Below, one piece after another: positions 16,402 to 26,524 of a DNA stretch of 64,000 bases. Under the pieces are notes generated by a model, which was not told the DNA's origin, ran no database searches, and saw nothing but the letters and a program-made list of their open reading frames with translations. The translations under genes were made by a program, and so were the position numbers. How positions within the stretch are numbered: position 1 is the stretch's first letter; every line of letters starts with the position of its first letter. This DNA comes from Candidatus Fermentibacteraceae bacterium (GTDB lineage Bacteria > Fermentibacterota > Fermentibacteria > Fermentibacterales > JCC-6): positions 572-64,571 of the forward strand of contig JADGDO010000017.1 in assembly GCA_016744855.1 (NCBI GenBank), given 5' to 3'.

Positions 16402-17400
16402 CTACCTGATTGATCTGATATTACTCGCGTGACCTGCGGCTGAAACAGCAAAAAGATGTTCACCCGAGCCGTCCCCTTTGCTTACGAAAAACAAATAGCC
16501 ATCAGTTGTATCAGGAGAAGCAACGCTTTCCAGTGAAGCAACACCAGGTGAGCAGATTGGACCCGGCGGCAAACCTGAATTTCTGTATGTGTTGTATGGA
16601 CTCTCTATTTCAAGATCTCTGTAAAGGAGAACTTCACGAACCTCGCCCTGTGCATATTGAACTGTTGCGCAGCTTTCAAGCCTCATTCCGATACGCAATC
16701 TGTTGATAAATACTCCCGCAACCAGATCACGTTCAGCATCTGAAGCAGCTTCTCGTTCAACTATCGATGCAAGAACAAGCGCATCAAAAGGAGAGAGCCC
16801 TGAAGCCCTGCAGTTTTCCTCCCATTCGTCATCCATAACATCAAAACCGGATCTCACAATCCTATCGATTACATCCCAGGCCGGTAATGAATCTGCAAAC
16901 TCGTATGTTTCAGGAAAGAGGTAGCCCTCAAAACATGGAATGCCCAAGGCATCGAGATATTCAATCTCCCTCGAGAGGGCCTCAAGTTCTGACAGTGGAA
17001 TACCAAGTGAATCAGACAAAATCGGTAAACTCTGTTCCATTCTAAGACCAGGAGGAAGAGTTACCCAGCTGGTTGCAACAGGTATAACATCACCAGAAAT
17101 GAACTTCGCCAGAATTGAGTCTACTTCCATTGTGTCACTTAACAAATAGTTTCCAGCCTGAAGAGATGAGCCCTGAAAACTGCGTTTGTAGTTAAGAATA
17201 ACAATCCACCTGCTTTTAACCAGTGATTCTTGTTCCAGAAACTGTGCGACATCGGCGACTCCCCAACCACGCTCAACTGAAAATTCTATTGAAAGGCCGG
17301 TATTCGGCGGCATTCCAAGTATCCAAACAGCCAGAAGGGCCGCAAGAGCGGCTGCAAGTAACAGAGCAAAAACTGCAAAGAGTGTTCTTTTTTTTCTCAT
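16402..17400 (-). CDS. mltG: endolytic murein transglycosylase MltG (YceG family)
   Basis: N-terminal TM helix. YLFPETYEF, ASIVEREA, VFINRLRIGMRLESCATVQYA, YNTYRNSGLPPGPICSPG. Confidence 0.9.
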   Translation of the reverse strand: MRKKRTLFAVFALLLAAALAALLAVWILGMPPNTGLSIEFSVERGWGVADVAQFLEQESLVKSRWIVILNYKRSFQGSSLQAGNYLLSDTMEVDSILAKFISGDVIPVATSWVTLPPGLRMEQSLPILSDSLGIPLSELEALSREIEYLDALGIPCFEGYLFPETYEFADSLPAWDVIDRIVRSGFDVMDDEWEENCRASGLSPFDALVLASIVEREAASDAERDLVAGVFINRLRIGMRLESCATVQYAQGEVREVLLYRDLEIESPYNTYRNSGLPPGPICSPGVASLESVASPDTTDGYLFFVSKGDGSGEHLFAVSAAGHASNIRSIR

Positions 17401-17777
17401 ATTATCTTCAAATACCTTTTCAAGATTTCACAGGCCGCCAGGGAATCAACCTGACCTTTCCTGTCTTTTTTACCAAGCAGAAGCACTGCAGCTGCGGAAG
17501 AACCTACCTCATTTATCAGCTCTACAGAGTACCCTGATTCAATAAGCCACTCTGAAAGTTTCTCAACTTCAAGACTTAACTCCGTTGGTTTCCCGGTTGA
17601 TGACAGAGGTAATCCAAGAACAACTTTACAATCGTCCTCTCCACCAGTAAGCTCTTCGAGCTTTCCTCTGATTTTACTCCATGTACCGAAAACAGCGTCC
17701 AGAGGAAGAACAAGTCCTTCTCTGAATACAGCAAAACCAGTTTTCTTTCTTCCATAATCCACACCTATCAATACCAT
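17397..17777 (-). CDS. ruvX: Holliday junction resolvase-like nuclease RuvX/YqgF
   Basis: IGVDYGRKKTGFAV N-terminus. 126 aa. 4-nt overlap with mltG. Confidence 0.85.
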   Translation of the reverse strand: MVLIGVDYGRKKTGFAVFREGLVLPLDAVFGTWSKIRGKLEELTGGEDDCKVVLGLPLSSTGKPTELSLEVEKLSEWLIESGYSVELINEVGSSAAAVLLLGKKDRKGQVDSLAACEILKRYLKII

Positions 17778-19429
17778 CAGAATACCCTTTTCTGCAGATT
17801 TTTCATACCGGCTCTGTAAGAAAATACCGAAGTTATCAATCCTACCGGAAACATAAGGTAAAGAATGGAGTTCCGAATTGGTACCGCAAGCATTATCTCC
17901 GTAAAATTATCTGTCATATAGCGTCTGGTTACCCACGAAAGCACACTAACTACAAAAAGCACAAAAGCCACAGAAGCAAAAGCGGATATGATTCCTCCCT
18001 GCCCACTGGAAACACTCACTGCACTTCCGGATCCTCGTCTGAGAAAAATGCATCCCAAAGAGATATTCATTGTGGAAAGAACAACAGAAGTAATGAAAAG
18101 GCAAGCAACACTCTCAATCTGAAAAAGCAGACCAGCTCCGATGCTGCTCGTTGAAAGCCATACAAGAACACTTGCTGGAATCACTGAGAAGAAAAGAGTG
18201 GGTACCCATTTTGAGTGGTAAAACAATTCTCTACCTCTAGGCAGCTGGATTAGAGCATGCAGACCTGGAGATTCCATACTTGGTGATGGAAAGGCAAATC
18301 GAACCATCATTGTTGCTACAACAAATGCACTAAATGAGATATTTATGAATATTGCTACAGCAAGCCAATAGGGATTTGTGAAATCAACAGGGAACCTGCT
18401 CAGGTTAACAACATATATAGAAAACATTCCAGCAAGCAGACCGAGCTGGCTCCATTGTACCGGATCCCGGGAAAAAATAAGCAGATCCTTTTGAAATACG
18501 GTAAAAATACGCCCTCCCCTGCGGAAAAACCGGGTGGACAGATACCGTGCCGAAACAGCTCGAGAGTTATTCCAGGCTTTCAGATAACCTCTTGCGGCAA
18601 GCCACAAGGCTAAAATAGCAACTGAAACAGATTCGATGACAAGCAAAAGAGCGGATCTGGGTTCCCCCTCTGTCATTGATTTCATAAACAAAACATGAGG
18701 CCAGTAGCCGGAATCCTGCCCTGGAAGATCAGAAACAAATGATTCAAGACGACCGAGCTTCATGTCAGGGGCTTCCTCTATTACAAGATCAGTGCTGCTT
18801 CCACTAGCAAAAAAGAACAGAGCACCACTGCCAGCAATAAGAGAAATACCTCCAAACAGTTTCCACCCGTTCATACCACCGAATCTGCTGATAAAAACAG
18901 TTACAATTGTGCCGATGGATGTCCATGTAAGAAGCATAAATGGAAAGAGCAGGAATCCATTTACCAGATTAACCTCTGTAAGTTCAAGGCCGTGCGCAAA
19001 TGCAAGAAGAATTGGAATTCCCATGAGAAGCATGGTCCACCCGGCGAAGAACCAACTTTCTAGTACAGCAGAAACAGCCATTGATGAATGGTTCACTGCA
19101 GCCGAGAGAAGTAGTGTAATTCGGGATGATCTGTAGAGTGATGAGTTTCCCGTGATAAGTGAGGAGACACCGACAAACACACCGAAGGCAAGAAGTGCCA
19201 TACCGAATAGTCTTGACGCAAGAGCTGTACCGAAACCAAAAAACTGCGAGTCAAGTGAAGATAGATAGAAAAACAGAGCCCGAAACATGTAATAAAAACC
19301 GAATGCCATTACTGACAAAGTAACCACTCCGGAGAATAGTTTGAGGCGGTTCGATTTCCACTCTTCGGCAACTGCCCCCAGAAAAGATCTTATCTGCATA
19401 CTGAACAGAATTACTATGTGATTAAGCAT
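17777..19429 (-). CDS. large polytopic membrane protein (possibly ABC-exporter-like permease fold), function unknown
   Basis: 550 aa, at least 10 hydrophobic helices. Its stop overlaps the ruvX start by 1 nt. No ATPase partner adjacent. Confidence 0.55.
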   Translation of the reverse strand: MLNHIVILFSMQIRSFLGAVAEEWKSNRLKLFSGVVTLSVMAFGFYYMFRALFFYLSSLDSQFFGFGTALASRLFGMALLAFGVFVGVSSLITGNSSLYRSSRITLLLSAAVNHSSMAVSAVLESWFFAGWTMLLMGIPILLAFAHGLELTEVNLVNGFLLFPFMLLTWTSIGTIVTVFISRFGGMNGWKLFGGISLIAGSGALFFFASGSSTDLVIEEAPDMKLGRLESFVSDLPGQDSGYWPHVLFMKSMTEGEPRSALLLVIESVSVAILALWLAARGYLKAWNNSRAVSARYLSTRFFRRGGRIFTVFQKDLLIFSRDPVQWSQLGLLAGMFSIYVVNLSRFPVDFTNPYWLAVAIFINISFSAFVVATMMVRFAFPSPSMESPGLHALIQLPRGRELFYHSKWVPTLFFSVIPASVLVWLSTSSIGAGLLFQIESVACLFITSVVLSTMNISLGCIFLRRGSGSAVSVSSGQGGIISAFASVAFVLFVVSVLSWVTRRYMTDNFTEIMLAVPIRNSILYLMFPVGLITSVFSYRAGMKNLQKRVF

Positions 19430-19458
19430 ACAGCTAAGATAGTAGGAAATTAGGAAAT

Positions 19459-19959
19459 CTACACACCGAACGCCTTCATAATCTCTCCGAAATAAATCTT
19501 GTGATAATCCTTCTCAGGATATACCCCGGGTCCTGTTTCTGTAACAAAACAGGATGGATCCATTTCCTGTCCGTACATTTTCCTGCATTCAAGAGTCAGA
19601 GAAGCCTCCTCGTAACCAGGAGAAAGAACTGAAACAGAGGGCTTCAGGGTAAGCTCTGTCTCTGAAAGCTTATAGCAGTTTCTTCCCGAAAGTGTACCGA
19701 GCCTTAGAAGATCCTGCTTGTATTTCTCAGGGAATGCACAAAGTGTAAAGCATTCAGATTTCTCGATGTACTCCATTGTATACCTTTGCGGTCTGACAAC
19801 AATCTGGACGAAAGGCTTGTTCCACATGCAACCGATGCTTCCCCAGGCCACAGTCATCATATTGCAGTCTTTCATGCTTCCTGCTGTAAGCAATAACCAC
19901 TGATTCTTCCATAAGTTTACCGGTTTAAGGGCCAGATCTTCAGGTTTAATTTCTCTCAC
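19459..19959 (-). CDS. flavin reductase-like (FMN-binding split-barrel) domain protein
   Basis: 166 aa. LLTAGSMKDCNMMTVAWGSIGCMWNKPFVQIVVRPQRYT is typical of this family. Confidence 0.7.
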   Translation of the reverse strand: MREIKPEDLALKPVNLWKNQWLLLTAGSMKDCNMMTVAWGSIGCMWNKPFVQIVVRPQRYTMEYIEKSECFTLCAFPEKYKQDLLRLGTLSGRNCYKLSETELTLKPSVSVLSPGYEEASLTLECRKMYGQEMDPSCFVTETGPGVYPEKDYHKIYFGEIMKAFGV

Positions 19960-19980
19960 TTTCTCTCCATTCTCATATTG

Positions 19981-20772
19981 TCAGTTTAGAAAAGCAGTAA
20001 CAATCTTGATAAATTCCTCTGGTTTTTCAACGTGAATGGAATGAGCAACCCCATCCATTACAGAAACGGTAATATCTGGAATCTCTTTTAGTACACCTGC
20101 ATGTAAGTTTGGTGGGAAAAGAAGATCATTCCGACCGAAAAGTGCAAGAGTTTTGGAAGTGATTCTCTTCAAATCCCCTATGTAATTGAAATTGAAAATT
20201 GCTTCAATCTGTTCTTTGAATGCCTTTTCGGTTTGCTGAAAAGGATATTGAACCGCCAAGTCAACTGCATTCTCGAGAAGTCTCTTATCCATAAAGAACT
20301 TGTCTGAAAAAATCCAGTAAAACAAATTTCTGTACCAAAGTTCCGGAGACATTCCATTTTTCAAGTATTCATGCCAGTCAGAGAGAAGTAGCTTGTTTCG
20401 CTGAGTGCAATAGGCAGAACTGCTTACAATTATGGTCTTGGAAATGTATTCGGAATATCTGAGGGCACAATCAAGTGCAACGAAACCGCCCATAGAATGA
20501 CCGGCGATATTCACAGAAGGCAATCCCAGATGAGTGATCAAAAGAATGCAATCATCTGCAATTTTCTGAATACCAGTTTCAGTATCCATTGGTTTCGTTC
20601 TTCCGGTACCCCGATTGTCGGGAATTATAACCCTGAAGTTTTTTGACAATCCATCAATAACAGGTAACCAGCTCTGAGAATCGCTCGCAAGGCCTGCAAT
20701 AAGCAGGAGAGGAGGACCTTCACCATACTCTTCGTAATAAAGATTTACATCGCTAACACTCAGATAAGGCAT
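19981..20772 (-). CDS. alpha/beta hydrolase
   Basis: GPPLLLIAGL, nucleophile elbow GHSMGG, and C-terminal His (GVAHSIHVEKPEEF). Confidence 0.85.
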   Translation of the reverse strand: MPYLSVSDVNLYYEEYGEGPPLLLIAGLASDSQSWLPVIDGLSKNFRVIIPDNRGTGRTKPMDTETGIQKIADDCILLITHLGLPSVNIAGHSMGGFVALDCALRYSEYISKTIIVSSSAYCTQRNKLLLSDWHEYLKNGMSPELWYRNLFYWIFSDKFFMDKRLLENAVDLAVQYPFQQTEKAFKEQIEAIFNFNYIGDLKRITSKTLALFGRNDLLFPPNLHAGVLKEIPDITVSVMDGVAHSIHVEKPEEFIKIVTAFLN

Positions 20773-20788
20773 ATTGCCGAATTCCTTA

Positions 20789-22024
20789 TCAAACCCGGAA
20801 CAATACCCGCTCGTTGTTAAACATTCTCAGAATCGCAAAAATGAGAACTGCTGAAACCAGAAGACTAGTTGCCACTGCAAAGAGGATATTACCCCAAACT
20901 GCGGTTTGCATGAAAATGTCCTTTAGTACAACGAGGGAGTTGAAAAGAGGAGCAAGTCTCATCCAGTTGGGAGGAGTATCCCCAATCTGCATTGTCGTTA
21001 CTCCCATTACCATCACAGCAAGGTAAACTGGCATAATCATGCCCTGACCTTCCTTGACGTTTTTTGCAAAAGTGGAGACAATCAATACAAGGCTTGAAAT
21101 AAGTATTGCGAGTGGAATAACGATAATTGCAAACTGCAAAAGGGCTGTTGAGGTCATCGTGTACTCTACAATAGCTTCTCCTGTGTCACTGTACATACCT
21201 ATCAGATAACGGGATGCAATTTTCAACCCGATAGCAGAGCTAGTTGCTCCGACAATTGCTGCTATCATAACCGACATCATTTTACCAAGAACTATTGAGA
21301 GTCTGCTGACCTGGTTCACAAGAAGTATAGCCAGAGTGCCTCTTTCCTTCTCACCGGCTACGCTGTCCAGACCGACTTTCATTGAGTTGGCAAAGAGGTA
21401 AATTACGATGAAAAATGGCATCATCATACTGATTATTTTTCCCATGATGCTGCCCTCTGTTGCCAGATCGTAACTCTCAGCGGGCATTGATTCATTGATA
21501 GTGAAAACAGACAGAATTTCTTCGGACATGCCCCCCTCAATAATTCTTTCCCTCACCACTGCTTCACTTACGGCAGCGAATGCCAATTCCACCTGGGAGA
21601 AGGCAAAATCAGAAAAATCAGCAGTAGAGTTGTGGTAGAATGACAAGTCAAAAACTTCATTTTCCAGAAGCCTGTCATCCACATTGTCGGGCATCACAAT
21701 AAGCAGCTCCACATCTTTACTTGTCAAACGTTCTTGTGTCTCTTCAATGCTTTGGCTGTTAATGGTTTCCACTTCTGTGTTCAATGCTGCGAGAGATGTA
21801 AGAAAAAGCTCAGTTGATTCTTCGCTGCCAAGTGCTGTGCAAACGACAATTCTAGAGGTGTATTCGGATATTTCGCTTTGTCTTGTTTTCGTTGCTTTGC
21901 CCATAAATGAATACATCAGGGGAAGCATTATTAAGGGAAGAATAACCAGCATAAATATCAGTCGTCTGTCTGTGAACATTCTCTTGAGTTCCTTGCGGAG
22001 AATGATAAAGCTGTCCTTAAACAT
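20789..22024 (-). CDS. ABC-2 type exporter permease (NatB-like)
   Basis: Start set at MFKDSFIILRKELKRMFTDRR (ATG overlaps the ATPase stop). N-terminal TM, large extracytoplasmic loop, and C-terminal 5-TM ABC-2 core. Confidence 0.8.
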   Translation of the reverse strand: MFKDSFIILRKELKRMFTDRRLIFMLVILPLIMLPLMYSFMGKATKTRQSEISEYTSRIVVCTALGSEESTELFLTSLAALNTEVETINSQSIEETQERLTSKDVELLIVMPDNVDDRLLENEVFDLSFYHNSTADFSDFAFSQVELAFAAVSEAVVRERIIEGGMSEEILSVFTINESMPAESYDLATEGSIMGKIISMMMPFFIVIYLFANSMKVGLDSVAGEKERGTLAILLVNQVSRLSIVLGKMMSVMIAAIVGATSSAIGLKIASRYLIGMYSDTGEAIVEYTMTSTALLQFAIIVIPLAILISSLVLIVSTFAKNVKEGQGMIMPVYLAVMVMGVTTMQIGDTPPNWMRLAPLFNSLVVLKDIFMQTAVWGNILFAVATSLLVSAVLIFAILRMFNNERVLFRV

Positions 22025-22772
22025 GATCACCTCCCGGTAGAATGTAGCTGAAGAAAACATCTTCAAGATTGTCCCAGTTGCTGCCCTCTATAATCTCGCT
22101 CAGGGTTCCTTCTTCTTTCATTTCTCCCTCGACAATGATTCCGAAACGGTGGCATAGCTTCTCTGCAATAGTCATATTGTGAGTTGAAATGATTATTATT
22201 TTTCCTGCTTCTGCACGGCTTACAAGGAAATCTGTAACAGCCTTTGAAGTTACAATATCAAGCCCGTTAGTGGGCTCATCAAAGATAATCACATCCGGGT
22301 CATGGATAAGGCTTATTGCAACAGCGGTCTTCTGCTTCATTCCCGTGGAAAGCTTATCTATCTTCTTATGAATAAAATCCGTCATCTGAAGATCTGTGAA
22401 CAACTTGCTCTTTCTCTCCTGTATGACATCATCTTCCATTTTGTTAAGTCTGCCAAACCAGTTCATCATGTAATCCGGGGTGAAATACCCGTCAAGTTTC
22501 ATGTCCGATGTAAGGAAACCGATCTTAGATCTGAATACCTTTCCGTGTTCAAGGACATTGTAACTGTCTATAAAAACATTACCGGAGGTGGGTTTTATAA
22601 GTGTGGAAAGACACCTCAGAGTTGTTGTTTTACCAGCTCCATTCGGTCCAAGAAGCCCGTAGATTTCTCCGGGTTTGCACTGGAAGGACAGGTTATTCAC
22701 TGCCAGGACAGTTTTAGCTGAGCTGCCTCTGCTACCCTTGAATTGCTTTGACAGGTTTTCTACTCTGAGCAA
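22017..22772 (-). CDS. ABC transporter ATP-binding protein (NatA-like)
   Basis: Walker A GPNGAGKTT, signature LSTGMKQK, and Walker B IIFDEPTNGLD. Confidence 0.92.
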   Translation of the reverse strand: MLRVENLSKQFKGSRGSSAKTVLAVNNLSFQCKPGEIYGLLGPNGAGKTTTLRCLSTLIKPTSGNVFIDSYNVLEHGKVFRSKIGFLTSDMKLDGYFTPDYMMNWFGRLNKMEDDVIQERKSKLFTDLQMTDFIHKKIDKLSTGMKQKTAVAISLIHDPDVIIFDEPTNGLDIVTSKAVTDFLVSRAEAGKIIIISTHNMTIAEKLCHRFGIIVEGEMKEEGTLSEIIEGSNWDNLEDVFFSYILPGGDHV

Positions 22773-22876
22773 AATACATCCTCCGATCGAATATTTCAGG
22801 ACAATCTAATTGCTGTATTCAGTAACTGATAATAACTGACAGGAGACGAGAAGGTCAAACACTAGGAGCTTTCTAT

Positions 22877-23479
22877 CTAATGTCGGCAGACTCGGAAAAC
22901 TTTTTCAAGAAAGTCGTTCCTACAAACGTCACTCTGCAGTCTCCCCTCTTCTTCGACAGGAAGAAGTGGAAATCTTTCAACAAAGGCCTCTGCAAAGAGC
23001 CCTCTTCCGTTTGAGTATATCTCGGAGCCTGAATGAACCCGGGTACTGTTAAGAGCACAGCTGGGAGATTTAGCCTTGAAAACAAAACCGCAAAGACCAA
23101 CTTTAGAAAGCTCCTGCAGCCGGTCTTCAATCCATTCAGTTACTGTTGATGTTACATCGCAATGAGATTTAAGGGTAATCATTCTATAAACGCCATCCAC
23201 ACAAAACAGATCCATGGGTTCTCTGGGAACAGTCATACCTGATTCCATTTCAGGGCAGAGAGAAAGCAGAGTAACATGTTTGCTCATCTCTTCGACAAGA
23301 CACTTGTCGAATTTATTCTCAGAATTGTATCGGACATTCTCTCCCAAAAGACATGAACTGATTCCTATGATGGGTTTAGTCTTCAATAGAAACAAACATC
23401 TTCTGATTATATGTTCTGAAACCGGATCTTTCGTATGCCTCCACTGCTGATGAATTTTCTGACCACACATCAAGCTCAA
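22877..23479 (-). CDS. DUF523 family protein (2-thiouracil desulfurase-like Cys-rich fold)
   Basis: IIGISSCLLGENVRYNS...LLSLCPEMESGM core. The N-terminal 30 aa overlap the GNAT gene, so an in-frame TTG at 23386 is a plausible real start. Confidence 0.6.
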   Translation of the reverse strand: MSLMCGQKIHQQWRHTKDPVSEHIIRRCLFLLKTKPIIGISSCLLGENVRYNSENKFDKCLVEEMSKHVTLLSLCPEMESGMTVPREPMDLFCVDGVYRMITLKSHCDVTSTVTEWIEDRLQELSKVGLCGFVFKAKSPSCALNSTRVHSGSEIYSNGRGLFAEAFVERFPLLPVEEEGRLQSDVCRNDFLEKVFRVCRH

Positions 23480-23846
23480 GCCGCTTCATACCCCATGAAG
23501 CAGCTTCCTTCTCTGCTGATTCGAGAAGAGAAGCGAATATTCCTTTTCTTCTGTAATCAGGGTGAACGGAAACTTGATCAATATAGGCACATCTTGTTTC
23601 CTTCTTTAGAGAACTGCCCGGTTTGATCTGCTTCCTGATCATTATGTAACCGACTGAAATACCTGCTTCCCTTGAGATGAAAATGGTACAGTCTTCGCTT
23701 CGGAGTAAACTCGCAAAGAAATTAGCAACCAGGTTATCATCACCTATTTTGAAAACTTCTGGAAAAAGCTCTACATGAACATTGTGAACAATGGAGTTCA
23801 GCATGACCAAGTCTGGGATATCTCCCAGTTTTGCTCTTCTGATCAT
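23376..23846 (-). CDS. GNAT family N-acetyltransferase
   Basis: YIDQVSVHPDYRRKGIFASLLESAEKEA acetyl-CoA binding motif. 156 aa. Confidence 0.85.
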   Translation of the reverse strand: MIRRAKLGDIPDLVMLNSIVHNVHVELFPEVFKIGDDNLVANFFASLLRSEDCTIFISREAGISVGYIMIRKQIKPGSSLKKETRCAYIDQVSVHPDYRRKGIFASLLESAEKEAASWGMKRLELDVWSENSSAVEAYERSGFRTYNQKMFVSIED

Positions 23847-23849
23847 CTA

Positions 23850-24743
23850 TTATTTTTTCTCTCTGCAATTCCCTATTGAAAGCACATCTGCAATGTTGGC
23901 TCCCGGATCAATAACCGGCTCGATCTCGCCGTTTCCACAAGCGAAAAGTGTTGTAACACCTGGACCGTGCCCGGAGTTTCTGCAATCACTGTGTATCACG
24001 ATTCCAATCGCAACCGCACCCTTTCGGTGAGCTCTTCCAAATCGATTGTCCTGATCCATAAGTGCTACGAAATCACCAAAACGCATTTTGTCCATTCCGT
24101 TTTCCACGACAGTTTCCCAATCGCTGGTCATTATGTCGTAGTCACCCCGGCATGTGTTTGTTGATCCAATTCCTGAACCCATGCATTCTGATGGTATTTT
24201 CGCCGTAACAGGTATTATGAGTTTTCCTGTTTTCTTATCTTCTTTTATTTTCATTTTCTTAAGTAGAGAAGGGGCGAGATTTACAACACGGATCTCGGGA
24301 TAGCTGCTCAATTCAAGTCCCATTCCAACAGCTACAAGACGGATAGAATCCTCGTATGACAGTTTTTCTTTAGTTTTCTCATCGAAGTCGATTATCAAAT
24401 GCTCACTGCCACCATGATGGCCGAGAACAACTCCTTCAGCTCCTTTTGCCTTACCGCTTGTTACCACAGCCTTGTTACCTGTGCAGGCAAGTGTCTGAAA
24501 TGCCCTGTTCGGATTTTCATTCCGTTTTTCTCCCCATTTACAACTAACACCCGGTTCAACATGGTCTCCGGCCCAGCCGTAGACAGAATCCCCTGCTTCA
24601 ATATTCAGAGTGATTCCACCGATTCCCGGTAACTGAAAAGGAACACCCTTGTTATCCACCGCTAATCTGTCCCCTGCAAAGGGGTGGCCCGGTTTGCACT
24701 CAAGAGAAAATTTCACCAGTTTTTTTTCATTTGTTTTAAGCAT
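23850..24743 (-). CDS. DUF4438-like protein of unknown function
   Basis: 297 aa. [29 protein letters not shown] matches my recollection of DUF4438. 3-nt gap to the GNAT gene. Confidence 0.45.
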   Translation of the reverse strand: MLKTNEKKLVKFSLECKPGHPFAGDRLAVDNKGVPFQLPGIGGITLNIEAGDSVYGWAGDHVEPGVSCKWGEKRNENPNRAFQTLACTGNKAVVTSGKAKGAEGVVLGHHGGSEHLIIDFDEKTKEKLSYEDSIRLVAVGMGLELSSYPEIRVVNLAPSLLKKMKIKEDKKTGKLIIPVTAKIPSECMGSGIGSTNTCRGDYDIMTSDWETVVENGMDKMRFGDFVALMDQDNRFGRAHRKGAVAIGIVIHSDCRNSGHGPGVTTLFACGNGEIEPVIDPGANIADVLSIGNCREKK

Positions 24744-24884
24744 CAGAATTTCCTTTCCTGCGATACAAAAACCTCTTCCGGCTAATCCTGCCGTATAAAT
24801 GATTCAGATTCTACTTTTTGAATATATACCATTCTCTTGTCATCAAAAGGAATCGCTGTTAGTTTTTGTGCAAGGAGGTATTTC

Positions 24885-25394
24885 ATGATTACAAGTACGG
24901 ACTGGATTCAGGCGCTCTCACTAATACCCCATCCAGAGGGGGGATTTTACAGAGAATTCTACAGATCAAATCATGTTTTGGATAAGAAAACCCTGCCCCC
25001 CGGTTTTACTGGGAATCGGGAACTCGGTTCTGTCATACACTACATGCTTACCAGCGATACCTATTCTGCATTTCATCGTTTAAGCTCTGACGAGGTATGG
25101 CATTTCCACGACGGTTCTCCATTTCTGATACATCTAATCAGTCCCGCTGGAGTTTACAGCACAGTTCGACTGGGTCTTGATGTACACATCGGCCAGATAC
25201 CCTGTTACGTGATTCCTGCAGGATACTACTTTGGTGCAGAAGTTGCCGAGGAGAATTCTTTTGCTCTCGCAACCTGCACTGTAATACCTGCTTTCAACTT
25301 TGATGATTTCGAAATGCCCACAAGCGATGAACTTATAAGTATATTCCCGCACCTTATCAATGAGATAATGCACCTGAACAGAATGAGTGAATAG
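24885..25394 (+). CDS. cupin-fold protein, DUF985 family
   Basis: Start at MITSTDW with AAGGAGG 6 nt upstream. LIPHPEGGFYREFYRS, AFHRLSSDEVWHFHDGSP. Confidence 0.75.
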   Translation: MITSTDWIQALSLIPHPEGGFYREFYRSNHVLDKKTLPPGFTGNRELGSVIHYMLTSDTYSAFHRLSSDEVWHFHDGSPFLIHLISPAGVYSTVRLGLDVHIGQIPCYVIPAGYYFGAEVAEENSFALATCTVIPAFNFDDFEMPTSDELISIFPHLINEIMHLNRMSE

Positions 25395-25397
25395 CTT

Positions 25398-25853
25398 ATG
25401 ACCCTGAATGACTCGATCGTCCTCGATGACGACAACTGTTTTGCCTGTGGTACAAAGAACCCAATCGGGTTGAAGCTTAAATTCAAGCTTGATCCGAAAG
25501 AGGGTACTGCTGTAACTGAAACGGTCATTGCGGACCATTTCAATGGTTGGAAGGGAGCTGTTCACGGGGGTGTTATCACAACCCTTCTCGATGAAATTAT
25601 GGTGTATGCCTGCACCTCTTCTGGCTGGTTTACAGTAACAGGGACCATCGAAGTCAAATTCCACAAGCCGGTCCCGACTGGAAAGAAACTCATTGTAAGA
25701 GGAATGGTTGTAGAAAACAGAGGCCGATCAATTTCAACGACAGGCACCATTGAACTGGCAGGTACAATTCTGGCATCTGCAAAAGCAGTGCTAATTCCTG
25801 TAAGGCACGAAGAGAATTCTCTTGAAATAATAGCCGAGAGGCTGGTTAATTGA
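25398..25853 (+). CDS. PaaI-family hotdog-fold thioesterase
   Basis: CFACGTKNPIGLKLKF, GAVHGGVITTLLDEIM. Confidence 0.8.
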   Translation: MTLNDSIVLDDDNCFACGTKNPIGLKLKFKLDPKEGTAVTETVIADHFNGWKGAVHGGVITTLLDEIMVYACTSSGWFTVTGTIEVKFHKPVPTGKKLIVRGMVVENRGRSISTTGTIELAGTILASAKAVLIPVRHEENSLEIIAERLVN

Positions 25854-26524
25854 AAAACGCTCTAATCATTCCCGGGCTGGGTGGAGCAGCTGATTGCTGG
25901 GCTCCCATCTTTACAGGGCGACTTTCTACCCGTTGCACCATTGAAAGTACACCTCTTCCTGAAGCAGGTAAAACCATCCGTGAGTTTGCGCTTGAACTGC
26001 TACCGGATGCACCTGTAGATGTGCTTATCGGATTCTCTATGGGTTCTGCAGTTGTCCAGGAAATGATAACCTTAAGACCGAACATCGCGAAGAAAGCAGT
26101 TCTTATGGCTCCTCCTGCAGGCAACATGTATCCACAACCACCTGAAGACGCAAATGACTTCAGCTCCGGCCGGGGGAAGTGGTCATTGTCTATGCTGGAA
26201 ATGATGTTCACACCGGAATGGCTTGCTTCTCATCCGGATATTAGTGAATTCTTTCCGAGGGTGAAGCAGCCAATACCCGGAGAAAGATTAATAAGGCAGA
26301 GCAATGCAATTTCCGACTGGGAAGGATGTCTGGACGCACTGAAAAATGCACTTATGCCAGTCCTTATCCTTGCTGGAAGATATGATATTATTACGCCTCT
26401 CATCCATTCTGAAACACTAAACAAAACAATACCGAACGCCTCAATGACGGTGTTTGATACCGGCCACGGTTTCCCCTGGCAATCTCCTCTGGAAACCGCC
26501 GACAAAATACTGGAGTTTCTATAA
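25850..26524 (+). CDS. alpha/beta hydrolase (short form)
   Basis: IIPGLGG, GFSMGS nucleophile elbow, and a C-terminal DTGHG region. 4-nt overlap with the thioesterase gene. Confidence 0.7.
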   Translation: MKNALIIPGLGGAADCWAPIFTGRLSTRCTIESTPLPEAGKTIREFALELLPDAPVDVLIGFSMGSAVVQEMITLRPNIAKKAVLMAPPAGNMYPQPPEDANDFSSGRGKWSLSMLEMMFTPEWLASHPDISEFFPRVKQPIPGERLIRQSNAISDWEGCLDALKNALMPVLILAGRYDIITPLIHSETLNKTIPNASMTVFDTGHGFPWQSPLETADKILEFL

